Below, piece by piece: positions 1 to 8,271 of a stretch of 12,071 nt of DNA. The stretch's first letter is position 1, and each line of letters opens with the position of its first letter. The notes below the pieces were generated by a model that was not told the DNA's origin, did no database searches, and was given only the letters and a program-made list of their open reading frames with translations. This DNA comes from Armatimonadota bacterium (lineage in GTDB: Bacteria; Sysuimicrobiota; Sysuimicrobiia; Sysuimicrobiales; Humicultoraceae). Position numbers and translations under genes: made by a program. The stretch is taken from contig JBQTJP010000305.1 in NCBI GenBank assembly GCA_052386995.1, positions 1 through 12,071 on the forward strand, in the 5' to 3' direction.

Positions 1-959
1 GGGTAGGCCAGCGTGTAGATGCTCTTGCCGCCCTTCGCCGGCCCCTTGAGGACCGGCTCGAGCTCAGCCGTCTCGCGTTCGGTGACATACTCCATCGGGG
101 GAAGCACGCCGGGCGGAAATGTCTTGAGGATATCCGTCACGAGTTTCTCCATATAGTCCAGCAGGGCTTCGACCCCCGGCAGCGCCTTTTGGGCCTCGGC
201 GAGCGTTGGCTTTCCCACCACGCCTTCGATGTACGCCTTCACTTCAATGGGCCCGGCCCCGATATGGCCGTACCAGTTGATTGGCCGGCGCAGCAGGTTG
301 CCGGCCCGATCGACGTGGCCTTCGGGCAGGAAGCCGAACGGCTTGTTGTCCACCGCCCACTCTTGCTTCATCAACTCGGGGAAGAGCGCCAGGCACCAGG
401 ACGTCTCGACCTCATCCGCGTGGATGAACGGCGTCTCGTACGGACCGCCCTGAGCTTTCAGCTTGAAGTGGTCGGGGACCGCGTGGTACCAGTTGAGGTT
501 CACGATGAGCGCCGGCACGCGATAACGCTTGCCGAACTGGTGGATCGCGACCGGGATCACGAACTCCTGCCCGTGACCGTTCAACAAGATTTGCTTGCGG
601 AATCCCATATTCCAGAAGCCCGCGATCATCGCGCGCAGAAATCCACAAAAGACGTCCTCGGGGATCACAACCGTGCTCGGCATACCGAGATGGTGATACG
701 GGTGGGAGCCGAACCAGAGCGGCTCTGAGATCGTGCAGCCGGTGCGCTCGGCGACCGCTTCCGCCATCCGGGTGACCAGAAAGATGTCCTCGCCGATCGG
801 CGCGTTGGGTCCGTGGGCCTCGGTCGCGCCCAGCGGGACGATCAGGACATCGTTCTTCGCCAGACGCTCCTCGATGTCGCGCATCGTCATCGTCTGTAGG
901 TAGATCCCGGTGCGTTTCTCCATGTGCCCGCCTTTCGGCGGAAGCTGCCACCTGCTCAT
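1..959 (-). CDS. iolN: 3-dehydro-scyllo-inosose hydrolase IolN (creatininase family), 3' end runs off the window
   Basis: Not in the ORF track; translated by hand from ATG 959-957, which overlaps the ATPase TGA (ATGA). Open for 319 codons to the edge: MSRWQLPPKGGHMEKRTGIYLQTMTMRDIEERLAKNDVLIVPLGATEAHGPNAPIGED...QILLNGHGQE...GGPYETPFIHADEVETSW...PEGHVDRAGNLL. Has creatininase metal motifs (E-x-H-G...D, NGHG, HAxExETS) and closely matches T. maritima IolN (TM0413) as I recall it. iolM is in the same operon. Confidence 0.9.
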   Translation of the reverse strand, partial: MSRWQLPPKGGHMEKRTGIYLQTMTMRDIEERLAKNDVLIVPLGATEAHGPNAPIGEDIFLVTRMAEAVAERTGCTISEPLWFGSHPYHHLGMPSTVVIPEDVFCGFLRAMIAGFWNMGFRKQILLNGHGQEFVIPVAIHQFGKRYRVPALIVNLNWYHAVPDHFKLKAQGGPYETPFIHADEVETSWCLALFPELMKQEWAVDNKPFGFLPEGHVDRAGNLLRRPINWYGHIGAGPIEVKAYIEGVVGKPTLAEAQKALPGVEALLDYMEKLVTDILKTFPPGVLPPMEYVTERETAELEPVLKGPAKGGKSIYTLAY

Positions 960-2044
960 CCGTGACCCTCCCGATCGCTCGTGATGCGTTCGTCCAGCAC
1001 ATGCATGCGGTCCGGTGTCAACGCCAGAAAGACTTCACCGGCAAACATCCGGTCGCCGGGGGCCGGGTGATCCACGATCCACTCCATCCCCAGCGCATCG
1101 ACCCAGTACCGTGCCAGGCCGCCCAGAAACGCGCTCGTCTTGACCCGTCCTCGCAGCAACGGCCGGCCGTCGGGCCCAGCCCGCGCGCTCAGCGAGATCG
1201 TCTCTGGCCGTATGACCAGGGTCGCCCCGCCGACCGCCGCGGCGCTCGGCACGGCGAGCGTCACGTCGCCGAGGCGCACCTGACCCGACGCCACCACCTG
1301 CACCGGCGCAAAATTGGCCAGTCCCACGAAGTCGGCCACGAAGCGGTCTGCGGGCGTGTAGTAGATCTCGCGCGGGGTGCCCACCTGGACGATGCGGCCG
1401 CGGTTCATCACCGCGATGCGGTCGGAGATCGAGAGCGCCTCTTCTTGATCATGCGTGACGTAAATGGTCGTCTTACCGAGCGTCTGCTGGAGCGCGCGGA
1501 TCTCGGTGCGCACGCGGACCCGCAGTTTGGCGTCGAGATTGGAAAGCGGCTCGTCGAGGAGCAGCACCTCCGGCTCGACGACCAGCGCCCTGGCCAGCGC
1601 GACACGCTGCTGCTGCCCGCCGGAGAGTTGCATGGGGAACTTCTCTTCCTGTCCCGCCAGGCCTACCAGATCAACGACCGCGCCGATGCGCCGTCGGGCA
1701 TCGGTGGCGGGCACCCCGCGCATGCGCAGCCCGTAGCCGACATTCTCACGGACCGTCATGTGCGGGAAAAGCGCATACTCCTGGAAGACCATGGCCGTGT
1801 TGCGGCGGTGGGCGGGGACAGTTGTGACGGGCACGTCGCGCACCCAAATCTCGCCGGCGTCGGGATGGTAGAAGCCCGCGATCATTCGCAAGGTCGTCGT
1901 CTTCCCGCATCCGGAGGGCCCGAGGAGAGTGACGAAGGCGCCCTCTGGCACGTCCAGTGAAACGTTGTCCACTGCGAGCGTGGCGCCCAGACGTTTGGAG
2001 ACGTTCTCGAGCCTGACGTGAGGTTCAGCGTTGGGTCCAGTCAT
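956..2044 (-). CDS. ABC transporter ATP-binding subunit (FbpC/AfuC/PotA-like, with C-terminal TOBE region)
   Basis: Walker A GPSGCGKT, Q-loop VFQEYALFPH, signature LSGGQQQR, Walker B LLLDEP, H-loop VTHD; 362 aa. Confidence 0.95.
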   Translation of the reverse strand: MTGPNAEPHVRLENVSKRLGATLAVDNVSLDVPEGAFVTLLGPSGCGKTTTLRMIAGFYHPDAGEIWVRDVPVTTVPAHRRNTAMVFQEYALFPHMTVRENVGYGLRMRGVPATDARRRIGAVVDLVGLAGQEEKFPMQLSGGQQQRVALARALVVEPEVLLLDEPLSNLDAKLRVRVRTEIRALQQTLGKTTIYVTHDQEEALSISDRIAVMNRGRIVQVGTPREIYYTPADRFVADFVGLANFAPVQVVASGQVRLGDVTLAVPSAAAVGGATLVIRPETISLSARAGPDGRPLLRGRVKTSAFLGGLARYWVDALGMEWIVDHPAPGDRMFAGEVFLALTPDRMHVLDERITSDREGHG

Positions 2045-2735
2045 GCCGCCACGTGGGGTTCTGGGGGTCTGCGACCGTTCCCTCCGACACCAGCCCAGTG
2101 AGGATCTCGAGCGTCACCGCTTCGAGGGAGCTGACGACGAGATCGGCCCGGCCAAGGTCGTGGTGTCGGGTGAAGACGGTGGGTACGACCACACACTTCA
2201 GGCCGGCGGCCTTGGCCGCGGCGACGCCGGGGTGTGAATCCTCGAGGGCCACAGACCGGTGCGCCTCGACCCTCAAACGAGAGACGGCGGCGAGGAAGAT
2301 GTCGGGGGCGGGTTTTGCGCGTGTCACATCGTCTCGCGTGACTATCGCGTCGAACACGTGATGGAGATCCAGGCGTTCAACAACCCGGAACACGTAGGCA
2401 CCGTCGGAGTTTGACGCCAGCCCCCGCGGAACGCCGGCTCGTCTCAGCTGATCGATCAGGTGCACGACGCCAGGGGCCGGCTTCAAGTATTCCTCAAACA
2501 GTGCCGTCAGACGGCGGCGGCGGACCTCCCGCTCGGCATCCACGTCGGCGTTGCGCTCCCGCAGCGGCGCGTCGAGATCGACATCACGTCGTCCCACCAC
2601 GGCCGCCCAGTCGCGGACCGTGAGCTCCAGCCCGTGGCGCGCGTAGACCTCCTTCCAGCTCAAGTAGTCGGGCGTTTCGGAGTCGAGGATCAGGCCGTCC
2701 AGGTCGAAAACGACCGCCTGCAGATTTCCTGACAT
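2025..2735 (-). CDS. HAD-superfamily phosphatase, subfamily IA (beta-PGM/CbbY-like)
   Basis: Motif I DLDGLILDSE, motif II ASNS, motif III KPAPD, motif IV EDS; 236 aa; overlaps the ATPase start by 20 nt. Confidence 0.92.
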   Translation of the reverse strand: MSGNLQAVVFDLDGLILDSETPDYLSWKEVYARHGLELTVRDWAAVVGRRDVDLDAPLRERNADVDAEREVRRRRLTALFEEYLKPAPGVVHLIDQLRRAGVPRGLASNSDGAYVFRVVERLDLHHVFDAIVTRDDVTRAKPAPDIFLAAVSRLRVEAHRSVALEDSHPGVAAAKAAGLKCVVVPTVFTRHHDLGRADLVVSSLEAVTLEILTGLVSEGTVADPQNPTWRHDWTQR

Positions 2736-2753
2736 CAGTGGCTCAGGCCATGG

Positions 2754-4388
2754 CTACGCCATGGGCATCGAGCGGATCGTCCTGCCGACGGCCGCCCCGG
2801 CTGCGCCCACGGAGACGAAGGTGATCAGCAGCAGCATCGTGGTCAGCGCCGCCGCGGCGCCCCAGATGTTGTTGCCGATCATGTTGAGAATGGCGAACGT
2901 CGCGACGATGTGTCCCGGGGTCACCAGGAACACGACGATGCTGACGTTCGTGATCGCCCGGATGAATGACACGGTGAAAGCGCCCACAAACGCGCGGCGC
3001 AGCAGCGGCAGATAGATGTCCACCAGCACGCGCAGGCCGCTCGCGCCCAGGTTTGTCGCGGCCTCCTCGATGGCCCGCTCGATTTGCTTGAGCGTGGCCA
3101 CCGCCGCCTGATAGCCCATGGGCAGATGCCAGAAGGCGAGCGCGATGGCCAGGATCCAGATCGTGCCCACGAGCTCCAGCGGCGGACGGTTGAAGGCCAG
3201 CACGAAGCCGACGCCCACGAAGACCCCGGGCAGCGCACCCGGCAGCACGGCGAGGAAATCGAGCACCTGACGCAGCGGCAGGCTGCGGGAGGTCAGGAAC
3301 GCGACGACCACGGCGACGACGCCGGTGATCACGCCGGCGAGCGCGGCGACCTGCACGCTCGTCCACAACGTGGCGAGCCGGTCGCTCGCCAGCAACCAGT
3401 GTGCGGTCGTGAGCGACCAGTCCCGTCCCCAGGACACCGTGAACGCACCCGCGATCACGCCCACATAGACGAGGAGGATCATGATGCTCATCAGCGCGCA
3501 GAACCCGAAGGCCACCCACTTGAGCGTCGGATGCGTCGGCGGCCGCTCGATGCGCGATCCCCGCCCGGTCACGGTGACATATGCGCGGCGGCTTACCCAA
3601 TACCGTTCGAGCAAGAACAGGAGCGTCGTGGGGACGATGAGCATGGCAACGACCAGGGCGGCGCCTTTCAGATCCGCGAGGCCCTCCATCCGGTACCACG
3701 CCTCCGTCGCCAGCAGCGGGTAGCTGCCGGCGATCACCACGGCGTTGCCAAAGTCGGCAAGGACCGAGATCGCCACCACGAGCATCGCGCCGGCGATGCC
3801 GGGTCGCGCGAGTGCGAACGACACCGTGCGTGCCACGGTCCACTCGTCCGCGCCGAGATTGCGGGCCGCATGCTCGAGGCTCGGGTTCACGGCCTCCAGC
3901 ACGCCGATGATGATGAGCATTGCCAGCGGAAAGAACGCGACGGTCTGGACCAGCCACAAACCGTGCCAGCCGAAGATGTTGGCATCGAGGCCGAACAGGG
4001 TCTTTGTGATCAGTCCCTGCCGGCCGAACATCAGAATGTAGGCAAACGCGACCATGAACGGTGGGGCGAACAAGGGCAGCACGGCAATGCTCCGGAACAC
4101 CCGGCGGCCGGGGACATCGGGCCGCGTGAGGGCGAAGGCGAAGATCAGCCCCGCCACGGTGGCCGTGACCGTGGAGATGACCATCATGATCAGGCTGTTG
4201 CGCGCGGCGAGCAGCCAGCGCGTGCTGGCGGGAATGGCCAGGTAATCCGCGAGCGTGGGGTACACGAGCACGCGGATCGTCGGATAGAGGACGAACACGC
4301 CGAGTGTGACCGCCGCCGCCGCGTAGGCCGCAAGCACTCCCGGATCGACGGCACGCGCTCGCGCGCCGCTCCAGCGGATCACGGCCAC
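2754..4388 (-). CDS. ABC transporter fused double permease (FbpB/AfuB-like)
   Basis: 544 aa with many hydrophobic segments and two EAA loops (LEHAARNLGA, IEEAATNLGA); GTG start. Confidence 0.95.
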   Translation of the reverse strand: MAVIRWSGARARAVDPGVLAAYAAAAVTLGVFVLYPTIRVLVYPTLADYLAIPASTRWLLAARNSLIMMVISTVTATVAGLIFAFALTRPDVPGRRVFRSIAVLPLFAPPFMVAFAYILMFGRQGLITKTLFGLDANIFGWHGLWLVQTVAFFPLAMLIIIGVLEAVNPSLEHAARNLGADEWTVARTVSFALARPGIAGAMLVVAISVLADFGNAVVIAGSYPLLATEAWYRMEGLADLKGAALVVAMLIVPTTLLFLLERYWVSRRAYVTVTGRGSRIERPPTHPTLKWVAFGFCALMSIMILLVYVGVIAGAFTVSWGRDWSLTTAHWLLASDRLATLWTSVQVAALAGVITGVVAVVVAFLTSRSLPLRQVLDFLAVLPGALPGVFVGVGFVLAFNRPPLELVGTIWILAIALAFWHLPMGYQAAVATLKQIERAIEEAATNLGASGLRVLVDIYLPLLRRAFVGAFTVSFIRAITNVSIVVFLVTPGHIVATFAILNMIGNNIWGAAAALTTMLLLITFVSVGAAGAAVGRTIRSMPMA

Positions 4389-4424
4389 AGGCCTACCACC
4401 GCGGAAAGGTGCCGGATGCAGGGA

Positions 4425-4457
4425 GCGGCCCGGGCTTCATCAGAAAGTCCGGGCCGC
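4425..4457 (-). other. Intercistronic stem-loop downstream of the binding-protein gene (mRNA stabiliser or partial terminator)
   Basis: GCGGCCCGGGCTT (4425-4437) and AAGTCCGGGCCGC (4445-4457) form a 13-bp stem with one mismatch and a 7-nt loop; no U-tract. Confidence 0.6.
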
Positions 4458-4484
4458 GACGTCCAGAATGCGCAACGTGGTGTC

Positions 4485-5504
4485 CTACCGACGGATCTCG
4501 CGGGTCCAGCGCTCGCGCACGCGCGTCTGGTTGTCGATCGCCCACCCGCGATCATACTTGACGAACTTCAGCGCCTCGAACGGCGTCGCGCCCATGGGCA
4601 CAGGGACGTCCGCGCGCACCGGGTAGCGGAAGCCAAACTTGCCGTTGATGTCCTGCGGGGTCTTGCTCATCAGAAAGTCAACGTAGGCCCTGGCCCCATC
4701 AGGGTTCGGCGCCCCCTTGAGAATTGAGACCGCGCCGATCTCGAAGGCCGTGTCGGGCGGCACGATGGTTTCCAGGGGCTGCTGCGCCGCCAGGCGGGCG
4801 CCGATGCCCTCGTGCGCCCACATCATCCCGACGATCCCTTCGCCCCGCGCGAGCAACGTGATCGTCCCCGGCGCGGTCGGCGTGTACTGCGACGCGTTGG
4901 TGTTGAGCGCGCGCAGATAGGCCCAGGCTCGGTCTTCGCTCAGCCGGAAGATCTGGGCCGCGACGAAGATGTAGCCGCCTCCGGTCGTGATTGGACTGGG
5001 CATGATGAAGTGCCCGCGAAACTCGGGCTTCACAAGATCGTCCCAGGTGGCCGGCTTGGCGATCCGGCGCGGCGCCATCTCACGATCCCACCGGTCGGTG
5101 TTGATAATGATCCCCAGCGCTCCGAGATACCAGCCGTGCCAGAAGCCGTCGGGGTCGATATAGGCAGGGTTGACCCTGGCCTCCGCGGCAGCGGGCGACT
5201 TGTACGCCTGCAGCAGGCCTTCGCGCGCAAGCGGCGCATGGAAGTCTGCCGAGCCGCCGACGAAGATGTCGGCGCGCGGGCGATCCTTCTCGGCGCGAAT
5301 CCGGGCCGCGAGCGTCCCGGCCGCGGCCACGCTGAGCGCCTCCACCTGGATTCCGGTGCGCCTGGTGAACTCTCGGTGGACCAGCGTGGTCTCGAGATCC
5401 GGCAGGGCCGAATACACGACGATCCTGGCCGGCTGCGCCTGCGTGACACTGATCCCCGTCAGGACCAGCGCCAGCAGCACGATCATAATCACCACTCGCC
5501 TCAT
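4485..5504 (-). CDS. ABC transporter substrate-binding protein (AfuA/FbpA-type fold, probably for a sugar or cyclitol phosphate)
   Basis: Sec signal peptide MRRVVIMIVLLALVLTGISVTQA; motifs ADIFVGG, PATWDDL, PSPITTGGGY, WAHE, FEIGAVS; strong SD GAGGAGGAGG just upstream; 339 aa. Confidence 0.93.
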   Translation of the reverse strand: MRRVVIMIVLLALVLTGISVTQAQPARIVVYSALPDLETTLVHREFTRRTGIQVEALSVAAAGTLAARIRAEKDRPRADIFVGGSADFHAPLAREGLLQAYKSPAAAEARVNPAYIDPDGFWHGWYLGALGIIINTDRWDREMAPRRIAKPATWDDLVKPEFRGHFIMPSPITTGGGYIFVAAQIFRLSEDRAWAYLRALNTNASQYTPTAPGTITLLARGEGIVGMMWAHEGIGARLAAQQPLETIVPPDTAFEIGAVSILKGAPNPDGARAYVDFLMSKTPQDINGKFGFRYPVRADVPVPMGATPFEALKFVKYDRGWAIDNQTRVRERWTREIRR

Positions 5505-5575
5505 GATGCCTCCTCCTCATGCGGGAACTCGTTAGTCGTAGGCGGTTCACGTTCGCTGACTTCCCCCCACCCCCT

Positions 5576-6418
5576 TCAAAGCCGTCTTGACGAATCGGCG
5601 TCCGCCGGCACGTCACGCGCCGGCGTCAGGATGAACCGTTCGATCACATCCCGCAGCCCGTCATCCTCATTGCTCGGCGCGACAAACGCGGCTCGCGCGC
5701 GCAGTCCCTCAGGGGCGTTCGCCATCGCCACGCCAAGGCCGGCAAGGCGGATCATCGCCAGGTCATTGAGATTGTCGCCGACGGCGATGACTTCCGCCGG
5801 GGCGATCCCCAGCCGGTCGGCCATGGCCTCGAGCGCGGTCCCCTTGTTGACTCCAGGCGGCAGAATCTCCAGGTAGTCATCTTGAGAGAAGACATGATTG
5901 ACCGGGTACGGCAGGCGGTCGATCTGCTCGGCGACGGCGGCCAGCGGCGCACGATCGCCGATGATCAAAATCTTCATCGCATCGACCGCGAGCCAGTCGG
6001 CCAGGTCGCCTACGGCCTCGGTGCGCACGCTGTCTTTGCGCTCGTAGATCTCCGTCGTCTCGTTCATCACCGGGACATAGACGCGGTCGCCCACGTAGAG
6101 GTGCGGCTGCACGGCGGGATGGTCCCGGAGGATGCGCAGCACGTCATGAGCCTGCTGGCGCGGAAGTGGTGTCTGGACCCATACCTCATCGCGGATGAAA
6201 TCGTAGACCATGGCGCCGTTGTACAGGATGACGGGTGGATCTGCGCCCACCCCTTCAACGAACTGACGGGCGGACGGCCAGATGCGGCCCGTCGCCAGGC
6301 ACACCCGGACACCGCGCGCCTGGGCCGCCGCCACCGCCGCACGCACGGGCGGGGTGATCTGGCGCCGTCCATTCACCAGGGTGCCGTCGATATCGGTGAT
6401 GAGCAGGCGGTAGCGCAC
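5576..6418 (-). CDS. Cof-type HAD-IIB phosphatase
   Basis: Motifs DIDGTL, ATGR, YNGA, NKG, GDNLNDL, GVAMANA; 280 aa; GTG start directly abuts the upstream TGA. Confidence 0.93.
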   Translation of the reverse strand: MRYRLLITDIDGTLVNGRRQITPPVRAAVAAAQARGVRVCLATGRIWPSARQFVEGVGADPPVILYNGAMVYDFIRDEVWVQTPLPRQQAHDVLRILRDHPAVQPHLYVGDRVYVPVMNETTEIYERKDSVRTEAVGDLADWLAVDAMKILIIGDRAPLAAVAEQIDRLPYPVNHVFSQDDYLEILPPGVNKGTALEAMADRLGIAPAEVIAVGDNLNDLAMIRLAGLGVAMANAPEGLRARAAFVAPSNEDDGLRDVIERFILTPARDVPADADSSRRL

Positions 6419-7408
6419 TCAGGAGTCCTCGAGAGGGAGCCGCACGGACTGGCCCGACCGCGCGGCCCGGTATGTCGCTTCGACGAGCTCGGTCGCTCGA
6501 TAGCCGTCGCTGGCGCTGACGGCGGGCGGCCGCTCGCCGAGCGCCGCGTCGATGAAGAGGCGATCCTCTTCGACGTAGCCCCACTTCTGCTCAAAGGGCA
6601 TGTGGAAGCAGTCGATGGCCTCGACCTGATCGCGCATCCCGGGGCTGAACCAGGCCCGCTCGAGTTCCTCCGTCACGACGGTGCTGTGCGTTCCGTAGAT
6701 CTCGACGCGCTCGTAAGGAAACAGCCAGGAGGTGTGCGCGACACTGGTCACCGACGCGACCACACCGCTTTTGAACGTGAAGAGCATCACGAAGCCGTCG
6801 GGTTCACTGTAGACGCTCTGGCGCGCCTGCCCGGTCACCGTCGCGACATCACCGAAGAGAAACCGTCCCATGTCGAATAGATGCACGGGTGTCTCATACA
6901 GATAGCCGCCGGTTACCGACGGGTCGCCGGTCCACGGCGGCTGCTGTAGCTCGCCCCGATTGTGCTTCATCTGCGCGAGGCGCGGGACGAGCCGGCCGTC
7001 CTCGACCCGCTCCCGGGCGAAGCGGTAGACATTGGCGAAGCGCCTGTTGAAGCCGATCTGGTACATGCCGCGCGCGCGTGATGCAGCGTCACGAATCGTC
7101 CGCGCGCCGTCAAGAGATGTGGCCATCGGCTTCTCGGAGAAGACGTGCAGCCCCGCTGCGAGGGCGGCGGTCACGGGCTCGACATGCTGGGCGTTGGGGG
7201 TGCAGACGTAGACCGCCTGCGCGCCGGCATCCATGAGCGTTGAAAGGCCATCGAATGCCCGTGTGTCCACTTCGGCCGCCAGGCGCGACGCGGCCGCGGG
7301 AACCACGTCGGCGATGCCGACCAAGTCGACGCGCCGATCACGCTTCAGGTTGAGGGCGTGAATTCTGCCGATAAATCCCGCGCCCAGGAGCCCTACCTTC
7401 AGGCTCAC
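6419..7408 (-). CDS. Gfo/Idh/MocA-family NAD(P) oxidoreductase, probable inositol dehydrogenase (IolG role)
   Basis: Rossmann GAGFIG, EKPM, GFNRRF, catalytic region ETPVHLFD; GTGA overlap with the upstream gene. Substrate inferred from operon context only. Confidence 0.88.
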   Translation of the reverse strand: MSLKVGLLGAGFIGRIHALNLKRDRRVDLVGIADVVPAAASRLAAEVDTRAFDGLSTLMDAGAQAVYVCTPNAQHVEPVTAALAAGLHVFSEKPMATSLDGARTIRDAASRARGMYQIGFNRRFANVYRFARERVEDGRLVPRLAQMKHNRGELQQPPWTGDPSVTGGYLYETPVHLFDMGRFLFGDVATVTGQARQSVYSEPDGFVMLFTFKSGVVASVTSVAHTSWLFPYERVEIYGTHSTVVTEELERAWFSPGMRDQVEAIDCFHMPFEQKWGYVEEDRLFIDAALGERPPAVSASDGYRATELVEATYRAARSGQSVRLPLEDS

Positions 7409-8271
7409 GCGACCACCCGACGCATCCCTTCGAGTCCGCGGCGCGCCAGCTCCATAGGATCCCAGGTCCAGTATTCGGGGCGGAACAGTTCGAGCGAGTA
7501 CGCTCCCGTGTAGCCGGCCGCCTGCAGCCGGTCAATCAGCGCCCGCAGGGGAATGACGCCCTCTCCGGGCAGGAGGCGCTGCGCGTCGGTGAGCCCGGCC
7601 GGCTCGCCCCCGGGCGCATCGTCGAGGTGAACGATGAAGATTCGTGAAGGATCAATGCCGTCCAGGTCCTCGGGCCTTGACCCCCCGATGTAGAAATGAA
7701 ACGCGTCGATCACCAGGCCCACCCGCGGGTCCCCCACGTCTTCGACGATGCCGCGCGCGGCCCGAAGCGTGCTGACCGAGCATGATGAAAATCCCAGGAA
7801 CTCAAAGCCAAGGCGCACGCCAAACCCCTGCGCCGCCGCGACGATTCTGCGGAGCGCGTCCGCCGAGCGCCGCCGCACCTCGATCTCGGAGGGCCCCGCG
7901 CTCCGAGGCGCGCCCGAGGGCGTGGACGGGCTCGCGACTGCCGGGAGAAAACTCGGGACCGCAACGATGTAGGGGCAGTCTAAGGCCTCTGCCCATTCGA
8001 AGAGGGTACGGCAGCGACCCAGGACCTCCTCAAAGCTTCCACCGTCGCGCAGCGTCGAGTCCTCCAGCGCGTTCACGCTCAGCGCAGCGACGCCCGTCTG
8101 TCGCAGCAGGCCGCGCAGCGACGCCAGACTTCGTCCAGCAGAGAGGTAGCGCGCGATCTTGCTGTCCCGCAGCTCGACAAACTGATACCCGGCCTGCGCA
8201 GCGGCGCGGATGTCGGTGGCGATGTCGACCTGCTCCCCGGTCGTGGCGCCGTTCAATCCAAATTGCGCCAC
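7405..8271 (-). CDS. iolI: Inosose isomerase IolI-like (xylose-isomerase-like TIM barrel)
   Basis: LNGATT, SVNAL, YIVAVP, FEFLG, VIDAFHF, VHLDD, RLLPGEG and ELFRPEYW parallel B. subtilis IolI as I recall it (FNEATT, LEFVG, LDSFHF, YHIDD, ELFRPEYY); 288 aa. Confidence 0.8.
   Translation of the reverse strand: MAQFGLNGATTGEQVDIATDIRAAAQAGYQFVELRDSKIARYLSAGRSLASLRGLLRQTGVAALSVNALEDSTLRDGGSFEEVLGRCRTLFEWAEALDCPYIVAVPSFLPAVASPSTPSGAPRSAGPSEIEVRRRSADALRRIVAAAQGFGVRLGFEFLGFSSCSVSTLRAARGIVEDVGDPRVGLVIDAFHFYIGGSRPEDLDGIDPSRIFIVHLDDAPGGEPAGLTDAQRLLPGEGVIPLRALIDRLQAAGYTGAYSLELFRPEYWTWDPMELARRGLEGMRRVVA

Noticed and set aside
1..959. Literal creatininase or mycofactocin MftE function
   Set aside because: The sequence matches the IolN subfamily as recalled and shares an operon with iolM; no creatinine or mycofactocin genes are nearby.
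956..5504. Fe3+ or spermidine/putrescine transporter call
   Set aside because: The binding protein lacks the Tyr-Tyr iron ligands, the permease is a single fused gene rather than a PotB/PotC pair, and the context is cyclitol catabolism. Not excluded experimentally.
189..6880. Long plus-strand ORFs (189-728, 962-1960, 3084-4727, 4812-5876, 5882-6880) and alternate-frame minus ORFs (412-1002, 2743-3957)
   Set aside because: Shadows of well-supported genes in GC-rich DNA; Arg/His/Pro-rich with no recognisable motifs.
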